Made by a program: the position numbers and the translations under genes. From positions 310,001 to 374,000 of the forward strand of contig OZ251236.1 of the NCBI GenBank assembly GCA_965240325.2: a DNA stretch of 64,000 nucleotides, read 5' to 3'. Below the pieces are notes generated by a model. The model saw only the letters and a program-made list of their open reading frames with translations. It was not told the origin of the DNA and ran no database searches. The stretch is from Rebecca billardiae RCC1528 (Eukaryota > Protista > Haptophyta). Position 1 is the first letter of the stretch. The number at the start of each line of letters is the position of its first letter. Below are positions 36,201-47,098 of this stretch, in pieces.

Positions 36201-39200
36201 CTATGATATGGAGCCCAACTACCCCAAATCCAAGGTGGCAGTGTATGTGCCCCCTGGGCACGCACAGGTGGACCCAATACAGGTCATCAACAGGGCAACT
36301 GGACAAGCTGCTCTCATAGACACGTTGCAGGATGGCGAATACTTCACGTATGCAGGGGTGGTGACCAACATTCATCTGGCAACTGACAGGATGTTCGCCA
36401 GTCTCAAGGCCAGAGTGGCCAAAGCCGCCGCGCGGGTGCAGGCAGCTGACTGCTGCACCGAGACCAAAAAGCTGCTCACTGTGTGGGATGTCACGTCGAT
36501 ATTATTCTACTTCTACGAGGTGGTTGGCATGTCCAGGGGCAGACTCAACCAGCTGCAAAGCCTCATGGTGGAGCCAGTGGTCAGGAGTGCTGCCCTGCCA
36601 GGGCGCATCGCATACGAGGCAGCGTGCTTTCCTCCCCAGTTCCTGGGCCTAGGCCTCATCAATCTACATGCGCACCTGGAGAGTGTCCAGGCACACGCGT
36701 ACTACCACTTCCTGGCAGATGACCCACGTGGGCTATGTGCGCGCACGTCCATGGCAGCCATGGGTGCCCTGCAATCAGTAGAGCACCCAGCACGGGCGCG
36801 CGTACGCGGCGCCTCTACATTTGCCTCCACCATCGTCACCGGGAGAAATTCTGTACGACGCATGGGGTGGGCACTGCTCCCATCCGAAGTGAATCTCGGC
36901 AGCAAGCTGATGCAGCAGCTGGCCCCCGGGCTCGGGATGCTGGCCACAAACCGGACCCACAGGGCATATACAAGACTCGCCGCAATGCCAGGGGCAGCTG
37001 CCCTCCCCTGCTTGGCACCACACGGCCTTCCTGACGCGAACGGAGAGATGCTCAGCCGGATCGAGCACTCACTGGTGGACGGTACCCAGCACGTGTTGCT
37101 AGGTGTGCTCATGCAACAGCCACCAAGACAGATGGTCTCCACTGCGTTCTATGCGGAGCTGTCCTCACTGCCACATAGGTCCCGCCCGGCGGTGATACTG
37201 GCAGTGAGGGATATGCTGAGGGCAGTCCTGACCGACCAGAGCTACTACAGGTACCTGGGGCACGTGCCTGCCGCCAAGCGTACTGTCTGTGATCCACCCA
37301 ATCCCCGCCATCTGCCTGCACTTCCTGTGCCTGGCATGCTAATGGTGGCCACGGACGGCTCATTCGATGCAGAGAACGGGCAGGCCGCGTGTGCCTTTTC
37401 CTTCTTCAACGGCAACAATTACACTGCCCCTGTGCATGTGTATTGCTCCAAGTTCGCGGGGCACCAGGCACCAGGCCCAGCCGAATTCATGGCCATCACA
37501 GATGCATTGGTGCAGATAGACCCCACCGCCAACCTGCTGGTGTGCACTGACCTGCAGGAAATGGTAAAGGCCGCCGAAATGTGGCAAAACGACCCCTGGG
37601 ACCGACGGCTTCGGCAGGGGCACCACGCGTACGCCCCATACATCGCCAGGGTCATGAGCCTGGTGGGCTGGCGCCGCTTGCGGCATGGCAGCACCACTTC
37701 ATTCGAGCATGTCAAGGCGCACTCTGCTGACGATGCTGCTGCGCGACACCTCAGCCTCACACACAACCCGGGGGACCAGCACTGCACTGTCAGCCAACAC
37801 AGTGTGGCGGCTTTGCGCCAAGCAGGGATGAACCCCAAAACCCTGCTCAACGCATGCAGCGATGCGGGGGCCAAGCTCTGCTGCTCTGACCCCGCAACCC
37901 CCTGTGTGACTCACAAGAGAGGTGGCCACCCAAATGCGGGTTCCCATGCAATGGTACAGCTGGCCGATGGAGAGCCAGTGGCAGGCCGAATCAAGCCCCT
38001 TGTGTATGACAGTGTGCTATCACAAAGGGCAACCCACCTGCAAGTCACCAAGTCCAGCTGTGACTTGGTGGGTGAATGGACCGGCGTGTGGCCAGAGGCC
38101 TCCACTGGCGTACTACGGACCTGGCAGGCCAACACTGTGCCTGCCTACTACATACTCCACCACGGATATGAGTTCCTGCAGCCTGCTGCCTTGCGAGACC
38201 CGACGTTGCTCTCTGTGCGATTCCAGTCGGGGGCGGCATTTAGCGATGCCTGCCCCCTCTGCGATCATGCTCCACTGCTACATCCAGCGCCAGATACTGA
38301 GCACCACCTCTTCTCTGAGTGCCCTGAGGTCGATGCCTACCGAATGGCTGCTGCCAGAAGCGTATCGCATGTAATTGAGCCATTCATGCAGGGACAGGCT
38401 GCAGCATGGAACTTGGCACGTCACGTGTGCTCTGGGGCTGCTCTCATGGGCAGGGTGCCCAGCACACTGAAGACCACTGTGGGGGGCAACGTGCATCTCG
38501 GCAGGACCATGCACGTGGCCTTACTGAAGGCAGGGCTAGGCATCATGCAGGCCCGCAAGGACGTGGACTCCCAGCTGTCGAAGGCAGGACGTCTCCTTCG
38601 ACATGCCAGGGAGCTTCGGCCGCCGCCTGGGCACGGCCCAGGGGGGCAGCCCCCACCCCCACAGGCACAGGCAGGCCCAGGAGGGGCGATTGCCATGAAT
38701 AATCAGTTGCAAGGACCACCTGTCATCCAGCAGCAACCCCCTGCCCAGGCTGGCCAGGGCTGGCAGGCAGGCGCGGGGCAGGCCAACCTGCACCAGCCCA
38801 TAGCGCGCGGTCACCACGTGCGCCCCCAGTCACTCTCGCAGGCGTGGCCCCTTCAGCGTGCTCGCCCCCTCCCTATGGTGATTGCGTGGCCTCTGCAGCC
38901 TGCCACACCTCTTGTGGCATGGCCGCTCCAATATGCCACCCCGCTGGCTCGCAGCAATGTGGGTCCGCCGGACAATATGTTGACACATGGGGGCCCTGAG
39001 ATGGAGGCAGACCCGGCTGCTGGCAGTCACACTGGTAACGGAGCTCACAGCGACCTTACACAGTCAGACACTGGACAGCAGGCCGCACAGCCGCCTGCTG
39101 GCTCTGCCAGGCCACCGGCAGCCCCCAGGCGTGGGCTGCCTCCTCCTAGTCAAGCGCAGCAGGACAGCCCCCCGCCCAAACGACACTGCCCACCCCGCCA

Positions 39201-39501
39201 GGCAAATGTGCCGCAGCGGAGCACGCTACCCCCTGCACAGCGCAGCAGGAAGAGGCGAGCGAACGACACCTCCCCAGGCGTATTAGCCATCGCCACCACT
39301 TTGCTTGCTTCCTACAGCGGCCCACGCCCGGACTTGATGCCCGATGTAGCACACATGTCTGACATGACCCCCTCTGCCTCCATAGCTGCACGAGTGAAAT
39401 ACAGGCGCCTCGCTGCCAGGGCCAGTGGCCCAGACCCCTGCCCAGCTACTGGGCTCGATGACAGTCCCCTCAGCTCCCTTCCCCGCGCAGGGATCGGCTA
39501 G
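33280..39501 (+). CDS. ORF2 polyprotein: apurinic-like endonuclease, reverse transcriptase, RNase H and CCHC zinc finger (2,073 aa)
   Basis: APE: YCNVGG, DIVFLVET, FYNP, ACDGN, IDYIF. RT: APGPDGI, NYRGITL, DIQKAFDTV, GTKQGDPAS, IMDD, TYAGV. RNase H: ATDGS, AEFMAI, CTD, HVKAHS, NACSD. Zn finger CPLC..HLFSEC. Confidence 0.95.
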   Translation: MIGQGDAGPGVAGAAAAPMQQGYQYSHADISYAYCNVGGAGGADPSVRRDDIATWIRAVGTPDIVFLVETQMPAHQVVRWAKSFPEYTVHAEHARDRRKGEKGARAGCAILVRKAHVGAPKSLHLNSVCRGREILYPELAGHIISGEITLCRGNGQAVPMWVCCFYNPHDEERQHLLLPHIVNHLRTGTCIGLPTAGNMRTHAVHVARHAARLQLVACDGNGHMHDSNAGEGATPKVVFRTYMTDADHLFNQIPSTTRWDTLERPTFITAHREDGNGADRSVIDYIFSNMDTVGHTGHMDISEKATLRMPGAHVPIYGRIHSVALRGAAAVLASPVQPPRHIRVDLGKTSPDWNKAKQLLAMWMEGLPLHIADFAEAPVPAHMLVQPSLVTTAATALTTLRHLTTLATRDMATVLEQPSVYDGQPDTPLKIRPATAGAAAGQHKSKADAASAALHAGDILANRAAAGLPAGPAVRRAVRRYERTWGTGAAQSQHWIQVAMGPHGQVPVGPFLSHQRWRQIVQQQCRTSRAQVKAVWQQQAEEQKRAWFAKVKVETKKNSHKLRVMVYAKDPITLPTIVRRSDGALATSVDDVKSEYRGHYQGLLERQYTRPGGRPPWHAGGHMWHDIRAAWHTDPGDAYVTALGTPPTPAQIRHIITSEVGGNSAPGPDGIQYNVLKLLEGHHAERDEPVLPSGTRTHRQHAAQQTGEQQGAARGQGTGHPGPIATIISNLCAVMYATGTLLDGLQQGEVVSLHKHGDMHVLGNYRGITLNSVVYKIMARHQNNVMQAASDRLRLIEPEQAASREGGQVVQQVAVFANVVADAHRSRRTLFCALMDIQKAFDTVPYQGIEDGFRSHGYPAMFYTLMRSLGEGHDVVVRTPYGPTDSVRLRCGTKQGDPASSTKFCLFINMFLRYLKSRHGGYHVQSKCSSDDADAAAGQVTVVATAIMDDINLYAHSRADITAMMQDLVDFLWYYDMEPNYPKSKVAVYVPPGHAQVDPIQVINRATGQAALIDTLQDGEYFTYAGVVTNIHLATDRMFASLKARVAKAAARVQAADCCTETKKLLTVWDVTSILFYFYEVVGMSRGRLNQLQSLMVEPVVRSAALPGRIAYEAACFPPQFLGLGLINLHAHLESVQAHAYYHFLADDPRGLCARTSMAAMGALQSVEHPARARVRGASTFASTIVTGRNSVRRMGWALLPSEVNLGSKLMQQLAPGLGMLATNRTHRAYTRLAAMPGAAALPCLAPHGLPDANGEMLSRIEHSLVDGTQHVLLGVLMQQPPRQMVSTAFYAELSSLPHRSRPAVILAVRDMLRAVLTDQSYYRYLGHVPAAKRTVCDPPNPRHLPALPVPGMLMVATDGSFDAENGQAACAFSFFNGNNYTAPVHVYCSKFAGHQAPGPAEFMAITDALVQIDPTANLLVCTDLQEMVKAAEMWQNDPWDRRLRQGHHAYAPYIARVMSLVGWRRLRHGSTTSFEHVKAHSADDAAARHLSLTHNPGDQHCTVSQHSVAALRQAGMNPKTLLNACSDAGAKLCCSDPATPCVTHKRGGHPNAGSHAMVQLADGEPVAGRIKPLVYDSVLSQRATHLQVTKSSCDLVGEWTGVWPEASTGVLRTWQANTVPAYYILHHGYEFLQPAALRDPTLLSVRFQSGAAFSDACPLCDHAPLLHPAPDTEHHLFSECPEVDAYRMAAARSVSHVIEPFMQGQAAAWNLARHVCSGAALMGRVPSTLKTTVGGNVHLGRTMHVALLKAGLGIMQARKDVDSQLSKAGRLLRHARELRPPPGHGPGGQPPPPQAQAGPGGAIAMNNQLQGPPVIQQQPPAQAGQGWQAGAGQANLHQPIARGHHVRPQSLSQAWPLQRARPLPMVIAWPLQPATPLVAWPLQYATPLARSNVGPPDNMLTHGGPEMEADPAAGSHTGNGAHSDLTQSDTGQQAAQPPAGSARPPAAPRRGLPPPSQAQQDSPPPKRHCPPRQANVPQRSTLPPAQRSRKRRANDTSPGVLAIATTLLASYSGPRPDLMPDVAHMSDMTPSASIAARVKYRRLAARASGPDPCPATGLDDSPLSSLPRAGIG

Positions 39502-39861
39502 TGGCTGGCCCTCTGCCCACACTGGGGCACCCTAGGGGGTGCCCCTGCTGCCGACTCGGCTCAAACTCGATGATCTTGAATTGCAAGGCCGTACACTGCT
39601 TGTACCTGGGACCACCCCACAGTGTTGGGCTCGTATGCTGTTGGCAATGGCATACCCCCGCCCCCTCTGGAGGCGGGCTGTCCACAGTGGAGTGGTGTCA
39701 AGACACTAGGTGTCTCGGTCAGTGGTTTGAGGTTGGGTGAGGGTGGTGGTTGGTTGGGGGCTGGCCAGGGTAGGGCTGGAGGCTTCGGCCGCCAGCCTGA
39801 TCACCCGGAGCCCGTTATAAAGGGGAATTTAAAAAAGGCCACGCGGCGTCGTTGGCGCCAC

Positions 39862-39899
39862 CAAAGGACCATCAAATATTCAAATACGATGGTCCTTTG
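39862..39899. mobile_element. 38-bp P-superfamily-like mini-element or excision footprint
   Basis: 12-bp TIRs CAAAGGACCATC and GATGGTCCTTTG, a 14-bp AT-rich spacer, and a 7-bp direct repeat GCGCCAC at 39855-39861 and 39900-39906. Confidence 0.65.
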
Positions 39900-41316
39900 G
39901 CGCCACGAAGCTTCGTACCGGTCCCGGTCCAGACGTTGACCAACGTCGAAACGGTGACTTGGACCGGTGTTCTGGAAGCTGCGCGCGCCCCGTGGACAAC
40001 TGCTCAAGCCTGCCACACGCCGCCCGCCATGCCGAACAGTCGTCCGTCCGCCGACAGCCACAACGCGCACCCGGTGCCGCGCTCAGCTCGCCAGAGCGAC
40101 GCTCGCGCTCAGCTCGCTCGTCGTGGAGTGCGTGCCCCGCACAACTCGCCCTCCGTCCCCGCACGCTCAAGGCCCTGGCTTTCCCGAGCGGCGTCGCCCG
40201 CCAAGCGCCAAGAAAGTGCGCTCGACCGCAGCGGCGCAGCCGAGCAGCGAGCATGACGAGACGTGATCGTCGCGCCAAGCATGTCGCGGTCGCTTCGCAC
40301 ATCGATACTCGTGGCCTACACACACATCGTCTCATTCGACCTGATCCACGCGATCGGCCGGGCGCGCAGCGGCGGTGAGAACTGACGCTCCGGTTACCGC
40401 CGCCTGCGCGAGAGCACCCTCTCGGTCCCACATACCCACTGAGAACGGCGGCGACGAGGAGTACTCAGCTCTCGGCGAGCTCACCACGAGGAGCTCACGA
40501 GGCCGCGGCCCGGCGGCGTCCACCACACAAGCGCGGGCCAGTTGGCCTGGCCCGACGCCCGCAACGCCTTCGACGACCACGATATCGCGCGCCACGTGGA
40601 GAGTCGCTCTGCCTTCGGCCCACGCACGCCCACCCTCGACGAGCGCGGCAAGCTGACGGTCGCAATGCTCCGGAGAGCTTCCTTCCTCTGGACGTGTGTC
40701 GGCCCCTTGCTTGCTCTGCGCTCTGAGCGTTCTTGCACTCCCGCCAGTCTCAGTCTGCCTCACTATCAGTATTAACCGTGCCCCGCTAGCCCGCCCTGAC
40801 AATGAGGCCGGGACCGCGATCTCACCTGAGGGCAGGGCGTGCGTACCTGCCCGCCCGGCGAGAAGGCGTTGTCGCAGCCGCGCTGTGAGGCTGGCAGGCC
40901 GCTGCCGCAACGGCGGGAGCAGCACTCAACCGGGTCTGAGACCGCCTCGGCGGCATGCGCTCGGCAGGACCGCCGGACGGCCGGTACTCCGTACCGCGGC
41001 GTGCCGGTTACATAGTCATAGTACATACAGTGTATCTCACTCCCTGATGACGACGACTAGTCTGGACGACTTGCTGGACTTGGTCCGCCGCCGCCGGCCT
41101 CGTCAGAGTACGTATTGATGGCATTTGGCAGACTACGAGCAGCAGTAGTAACTAGTACATCAGCCATATAGTCTCAAGTAGTCTGTCACGACGACGTCGA
41201 CAGGTCTACGCCCGTTGTACTTGTTGGCGTTGAGTCCGGTTGACGCCGGCGGCCCGGATCCGGAAGTCGTAGCCAGCAGTACGACTCGGTAGGCGGCCTG
41301 CCCGGCGATCTCGTGA

Positions 41317-42219
41317 TCAGTCGGCTGCTGAGGGTGTCACATCGATGGCGATGGCATCAGCGGCGGCGGCTTGGCCCTCGCTGCCGTCGTCGCTGCTCGC
41401 TGCCGTCGACACAGTCAGCGGCGCGCTGCCGCAGCGCGTGGGGCCGGCCGCGGCCGCCGCGTGCTCCGTGGCGGCCGCGGCCGCGGCGCTGCACCCAGCG
41501 CCGCCGCCCTCTGCCAGTGGCTGGGCTGCCGTCGGCGCCGCGCTCGGCGCTGCCGGGAGCGCTCGTTCGGGCGCTGCCGGCGGCCCCGGCCGGCTCTCAG
41601 ACGCCGCCGCCGCCGCCGCCGCCGGCGTTGGCCTCTGCTGCGCCTCGGCCTCCTCCGTCGCGCCGCCGTCGACGGCAAAGCCCCGCAGCACCTGCAGAAG
41701 GTACTCGTTGCCCGCCGTGTCCTTGTCGATGACGGCGTTGAGGCCGGCTGCCTCGAACTCGGAGCGCTCGATGCAGCCCGCGGGGTCGCCTGCGGGCGCG
41801 GCGGGGCGAGTTCGCGCGGTGAGGCCCCGTGCGCGCACGCGCACGCGCGCTCGCGGCGGCTGGAGCGCTGGCCGGCGCCGGCCGCCGGCCAGCCGACCCG
41901 CCGCGGCAGCCGCGGCGGGGCGGCGCGCGCGCGCGCGAGCACGCACCGGTCATGCCAATGATCACGCCCGTGTACCCCCACGCGCGTATCTGCCGCGTGG
42001 CCTCCGTGCCGCTCATCCTGGGCATCTGGTTGTCGATAAGGATCAGGTCGTACTCCCGCCCGCCCTGCGTGACCATCTCAACCGCTTCCACCCCGTTCTC
42101 AGCCTGGTCATACGCGACCCCGAGCCTTTTGAAGGTTCTCAGCGGAAGGATCTTGCGGATCATGAGGTCGTCCTCGGCGTGGAGCACGCGGAAGGAGGGC
42201 GGGAAGGTGAGCGCGCCCG

Positions 42220-42252
<33 letters not shown>

Positions 42253-44986
42253 CACGCGCGCTCGTGCCGGCCGCGGCCGCGTTGGGCGGCGCGGGCGAAG
42301 CCGGGTCTCGCGAGAGCGCTGACGGCATCCGCGCGGCCGCGGCGCGGCCGTCGCCGTTGGGTGTGGAGTCGGCGGTTTGCGAGGCGGCGGGGCCGGTGAG
42401 CGGCGCTTTGAGGATGCGCGGCGTGCCCCCCGGCGAGCTGTACACGGCGGGGCGCGGCGCGGGGAGCCCTCCGCCCCTGTCCACGCCCGCGCCCTTGGCG
42501 GCCGCTTGCCGTCCGTGCGCGCCGCCGAGTCCCCGCACGCCCGTCGGCGGCGAGTGCGCCGCCTCCGCACCCCACAGCAGCAGAGCCATGTCCAGCTCAA
42601 AGGTGAGGCCGCGGCCCGCGCCGGGCGAGGAGAGGCGCAGCTCCGAGTCCGGCGAGTGCAGCTTGAGGATCTGCCGCGTGATTGAGAGCCCGAGCCCGGT
42701 GCCGCCCGAGCCCTGCAATAATCCCTGACCCACCTGGGTAAATGGGTCGGCCGAGTGTAACTGCTCCAGGTCGGCTGGCTCGAGCCCGACGCCCGTGTCC
42801 ATCACGGCGAGGTGGACGTGGCGCCAGCCCTCGTGGCCCTGCGCGTGCACCGTCTCCCACACGCGCAGGCTGATGCACCCGCCCGCGTCGGTAAACTTGA
42901 GCTGCCGCCGGGCGCGCGGCGCGGCGCGCGGCGGGCGGGGGCGGCGCGGCGGTTGGCGGAGAGATGGGCGTGCGCGCCGCCGCCGCGCGCCGCGCACACC
43001 CGCGCCGCGCGCTGCCGCGCGCGCGCGCGCGCGCTCGCTGCACGCACCGCGTTGGACACGCCGTTGTGCACGCACTGCTGTAACCGCCGGATGTCGCCGA
43101 GAAAATGCATCGAGTCCAGAACGGGCGGCAGCGGCTCGGCCACAAGCCGGATCTTTTTATTCCGCGCCGCGGCGCCGAACCGGAGGAGCGCCGAGTCGAC
43201 GAGCTGCGAGATGCGCATCGGGTTGAGCACGAGGACGAGCCGCCCGCTGTCGATCCGCTCAAAGTCTGCGCGCGGCGCGGCGCGGCAGGCACACGCGGGC
43301 CGGGCGCGCGCGGCGCACGCACCGCAGCGGCGCGCGCGGCGCGGGACCGCGGCAGCAGCGCGTGGCGTGAGCGCGCGCGCCGAGTGCGCAGGCAAGCGCG
43401 GGCGCGCGCGCGCGCGCACGGCTCGGGCGCGCTCCACCCGCCGCACACCCGACGCGCGCGCGCACGGCGCGGCGGCGCGCGCGCGCACCGAGCATGTCCG
43501 AGACACTCTGTTCGATGGCGTTCACACACTCGCCCATCGCCCCGACCTGGTGCTGCACGTCAGGACTGCCGACGGGGCGGTCGGGCGGGAGCGCCTTGAG
43601 GAGGGCGACGACGCCGGAGGCGGCGAGGAGCGGGCTGCGCAGGTCGTGCATCACCACGCGGATCAGCCGCGCGCGCGCCTGCTTCGCGTCCTGCGCGCTC
43701 GTCAGCTGCACCGTGCGCCTTTGCTCCAGCCTCTGCGCGTGCCGCCGCTCCTGTGCCTCGAGCTGCACGGTCCGGTGCAGGTGGAACTGGCCGCGCTCGA
43801 GGAGGGCGGCGTGGCGCCGGCCGTAGAGGAGGGCGAGCCCGACGAGCCCGAGCGCCGTCGTGACGTACGCCTCGTCCGCCACGCTCATCCCCGGCAGCGG
43901 CAACAGCGCCGCAGTGAGCGCGCTTGAGCCGACGGCGACGCTCACCGCCAGCGCAAACGCAGGCGCCGACAGCGGCATGAAGACGCCAAAGAAGGCGAGG
44001 AGGACGGCCTCGAGCATGGTGTGCGCGTCGAGCGAGCCGGCCGACACCCCCGCCAGCCCCGCCTCGCCCGCGCCGCCGCCCTCGCCCTCGCCCGCGCTCC
44101 CGAACGCGAGCGCAAGCCGCGCGCGCTGGAGCACAACCGGAGCAAAGCCGAGAATCGCGCACAGCACAAGGGTGCACACGGCCTCGGTGAGGCGGAGGCC
44201 GAGGCGGAGGGCGCGCGCGAGCGGCACGTACGCCGCGAGGCACAGCAGCGAGAGCGAGATCGCCAGCTTCCCGTACGCCACCGACGGCGCCGGGCTCTCC
44301 ACGCTGAACTCCACCGTCGCGACGACGAGAAAGACACACGCCAGCAGCCCGGCCGAGCGCGGCACGTGCGTCTCGAACGCGCGGCGGAGGTAGAACTCGC
44401 GGAAGTCGTCCTCGTACTCGGGGTCGGCGAAGGGCCCCGTCCAGAGCAGGTCCGCCGTGGGGATGTCCACCACCGCCGGCGCCGCGGGCGCGCTCGGCTT
44501 GCGCACGACGAAGGAGGCGGCCATGGCCATCTCCTCGTCATCCGTGCCGCCGCCAGGCGGACTGGCGTCCACGGCGGGGGTGGCGGCGGGCGCGCACGCC
44601 GGGGCGATGGGCGGCACGCTCGGGCGCCTGCGCATGTACGCCGCCACCGCGCTCTCCGCGCCCGCGCTCGCGGAGGGCTGCGACGCCGCGCGGTGCTGCG
44701 AGATCTCGTCGACCGGGATCGAGACCTTCTTCATCGCGCTCATGCCCGCGCGCAGGCACGAGGCCCGGCGCGTTGAAGGGTTGTGCAGTAAGGCTGCCTC
44801 TGAGTGGTGGGCGTGGGGGCTGGTCTCGCCTATGGAGCCCCCCATCGCGTTGCCCTCGTTGGGCATGCCGCTACGCGACGGCGGCCCGTGCCACTCGTCG
44901 CCAGGGCCACACAAACAACGATGGCCAGGTGGAAGGGTGCAAAGCGGCCGCTGCACCTTGGCCTCGTCAATGAATAATTTCGTCAT
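41317..44986 (-). CDS. Multi-TM hybrid sensor histidine kinase (HisKA, HATPase, receiver); introns 43266-43488, 42902-43047, 41790-41946
   Basis: H-box VMHDLRSPL, N-box LQQCVHNGVSNA|LKFT, G1 DTGVGL, G2 GGTGLGLSI; receiver VLHAEDD, DLILIDNQMP, IIGMTG, VIDK. Introns restore the frame. Start ATG uncertain (44986 or 44866). Confidence 0.9.
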
Positions 44987-46051
44987 GGTCGCCCGCCCAA
45001 TAGTCGTTGACCAGAGAACATTTGGCGTGTGAGTAATTACATGGGATCGCCTTCTCGATACGGATATCGTCAAAGCCCATCAGACAATGGCGGGTAAACC
45101 TAAACTTCATTACGTGCCGACTGTAGTTCATCAAACACCCTGTATGGGGGTACTACCGACTTACACACGAAGCATACCCGCGGGTATCGTTACGATATCT
45201 CGCTGATTCTCAGACATCTTGAGATAAAGTAGGTGTACATGCACCGACCTACGATTAGTTAAAGTACGACTGATGAGCTAGCTTGAACTACTTTGACTTT
45301 TTACCGTGGGGCGTCGTATTAAAAATGGCGGCCGCGGGCTGAGCGCCCTGGCAGAGGGAGAGAGAATGCGATGCGTCCTGTAGGTTGCGCAGCACGATTC
45401 AACGGTCAGAGCCGGCCGATTGTCATCCATGCTGATTGCCCTCCGTGCTGCTGTGCGATTCCGACCATCGGCCCGCGCCCGCTGCCGCGCTTGGCCAATG
45501 ATTCAGTGCGCGGGGCCGTTCGGTGCTCACGTGAGTGCTGTGCCTAGGGTGATCGTTCCGCATGCGCTTCTTCGGCTGAATTGTGGTGGCCAACATGCAG
45601 TGCACGTGCACCCGAGCACTCGCCGTCGCCTGGTCCATGGGCATGCGCTCCCTTTCGCCTCGGCCCGCGGGCGGCTGCCGCACGCTGGCACCGTGACGAC
45701 TCAGCCAAACGAACGACACCGGCTCACACGCACAGTCAGCTGAGCCGCCAGCGACCGCAGCCTTGGCCGGTCGGCTCGAACGACGCCGCGACGCGCGCAT
45801 CACACTGTCTCCATCGATCCCGAGGGCTCACCAGTGCCGGCTGTTAACAGCAGGCATTGCGCGGCCGCCCGGGTGGCGAAGGGGTCCGGTCAATGTCTAA
45901 AGCAGCCGGGAGCAAAGCGCCGCCAAGCGCGCTTGCGAGCTCTCCGCCTCTCCCCAAGGGCCGGCCCTTGCTCTCCCGTTGCTTCGAGTCTTCGACCGAC
46001 GAAGGTGAGTGTTCCTGGGCGCGGGACGGCGGGAGAATCTCCGGCACGAAA

Positions 46052-47098
46052 ATGTCGTTGTCCGGCCTCGTCTCGGCGGTCGTGGGCGTGGCCCTGGCCA
46101 TGTCGACGACCACGCGCGTCGGCGGACGGCTGACCGACCGCACGTACCAATGGAAAGGCTACAACGTGCGCTACCAAGCGGCGGGCGAGGACAACGACGG
46201 GCCGTCCGTCGTGCTCGTGCACGGGTTTGGCGGCAACGCGGACCACTGGCGCGGCAACACGCCCGCGCTCGCAGCCAAGGGCATGCGCACGTACGCGATC
46301 GACCTGCTGGGCTACGGGTACTCGGACAAGCCCGCGCCAACCGACATGGCGCGCGCATGCGGCGAGACGCGCCGCGGCGCCGCCATCACCGGCACGGACG
46401 CGCACCCGTGCGGCTCCGGCTACAACTTTTACACGTGGGCGGACCAGCTGCTCGACTTCGCCAACGACGTGGTGGCCGACCCGCGCGGGGTCGCGCTCGT
46501 GTGCAACTCGATCGGCTCGGTCGCCGGCCTCCAGGCCGCGCTCGACGGCGGCGACCAGTCCGTGCGCGGCGTCTTCCTCCTCGACCCGTCGCTGCGGATG
46601 CTGCACGTGCGGCGGCAGAACCCGCTGCAACGGCCGCTGACCTCGGCGCTGCAGACGGTGCTGCGCGAGACGCCGCTGGGGCTGGCGTTCTTCGACTCGG
46701 TGGCCAAGCCCGAGACGGTGCGCACCGTGCTGCGCCAGGCGTACGGCGTGAAGGACCGCGTCGACGACGAGCTCATCGACGCCATCCTCACGCCCGGCCG
46801 CGCGGACGGCGCGGCGCGCGTGTTCCTTGACTTCATCTCGTACAGCGGAGGGCCTCTGCCCGAGGACCTGCTCGAGCGGCTCGCGCAGTCGCCCTCGCGC
46901 TCGTCGCAGCCCGTGTGGATCGCGTGGGGCGAGGACGACCCGTGGGAGCCCATCGCGATGGGCCGGCAGTACGCCGAGTACGACAGCGTCGAGCGCTTCA
47001 TCCCGCTCAAGGGACTGGGCCACTGCCCGATGGACGAGGCGCCGCACATTGTCAACCCGCTGATCGAGGAGTTCGCCGCGCGCGCGTTCGGCCAATAG
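46052..47098 (+). CDS. Alpha/beta hydrolase of the pheophytinase/chlorophyll-dephytylase-like family, with an N-terminal signal
   Basis: VLVHGFGGNADHWR, AIDLLGYGYSDKP, CNSIG nucleophile elbow, WGEDDPWEP, GHCPMDE. Confidence 0.9.
   Translation: MSLSGLVSAVVGVALAMSTTTRVGGRLTDRTYQWKGYNVRYQAAGEDNDGPSVVLVHGFGGNADHWRGNTPALAAKGMRTYAIDLLGYGYSDKPAPTDMARACGETRRGAAITGTDAHPCGSGYNFYTWADQLLDFANDVVADPRGVALVCNSIGSVAGLQAALDGGDQSVRGVFLLDPSLRMLHVRRQNPLQRPLTSALQTVLRETPLGLAFFDSVAKPETVRTVLRQAYGVKDRVDDELIDAILTPGRADGAARVFLDFISYSGGPLPEDLLERLAQSPSRSSQPVWIAWGEDDPWEPIAMGRQYAEYDSVERFIPLKGLGHCPMDEAPHIVNPLIEEFAARAFGQ

Larger units (their letters stand above)
32075..39836 (+). mobile_element. Apparently full-length non-LTR retrotransposon (APE-RT-RNase H-CCHC)
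   Basis: 12-bp TSD GGCCACGCGGCG at 32063-32074 and 39837-39848. A6 tail at 39831-39836. Visibly lower GC than host genes, no introns, two overlapping ORFs. Confidence 0.9.

Noticed and set aside
33280-39501. RT as part of a retron, DGR or group II intron system
   Set aside because: The APE-RT-RNase H-CCHC layout with A-tail and TSD is diagnostic of a non-LTR retrotransposon.
39960-41120. Several short ORFs right of the LINE
   Set aside because: No recognisable motifs or consistent splice model.
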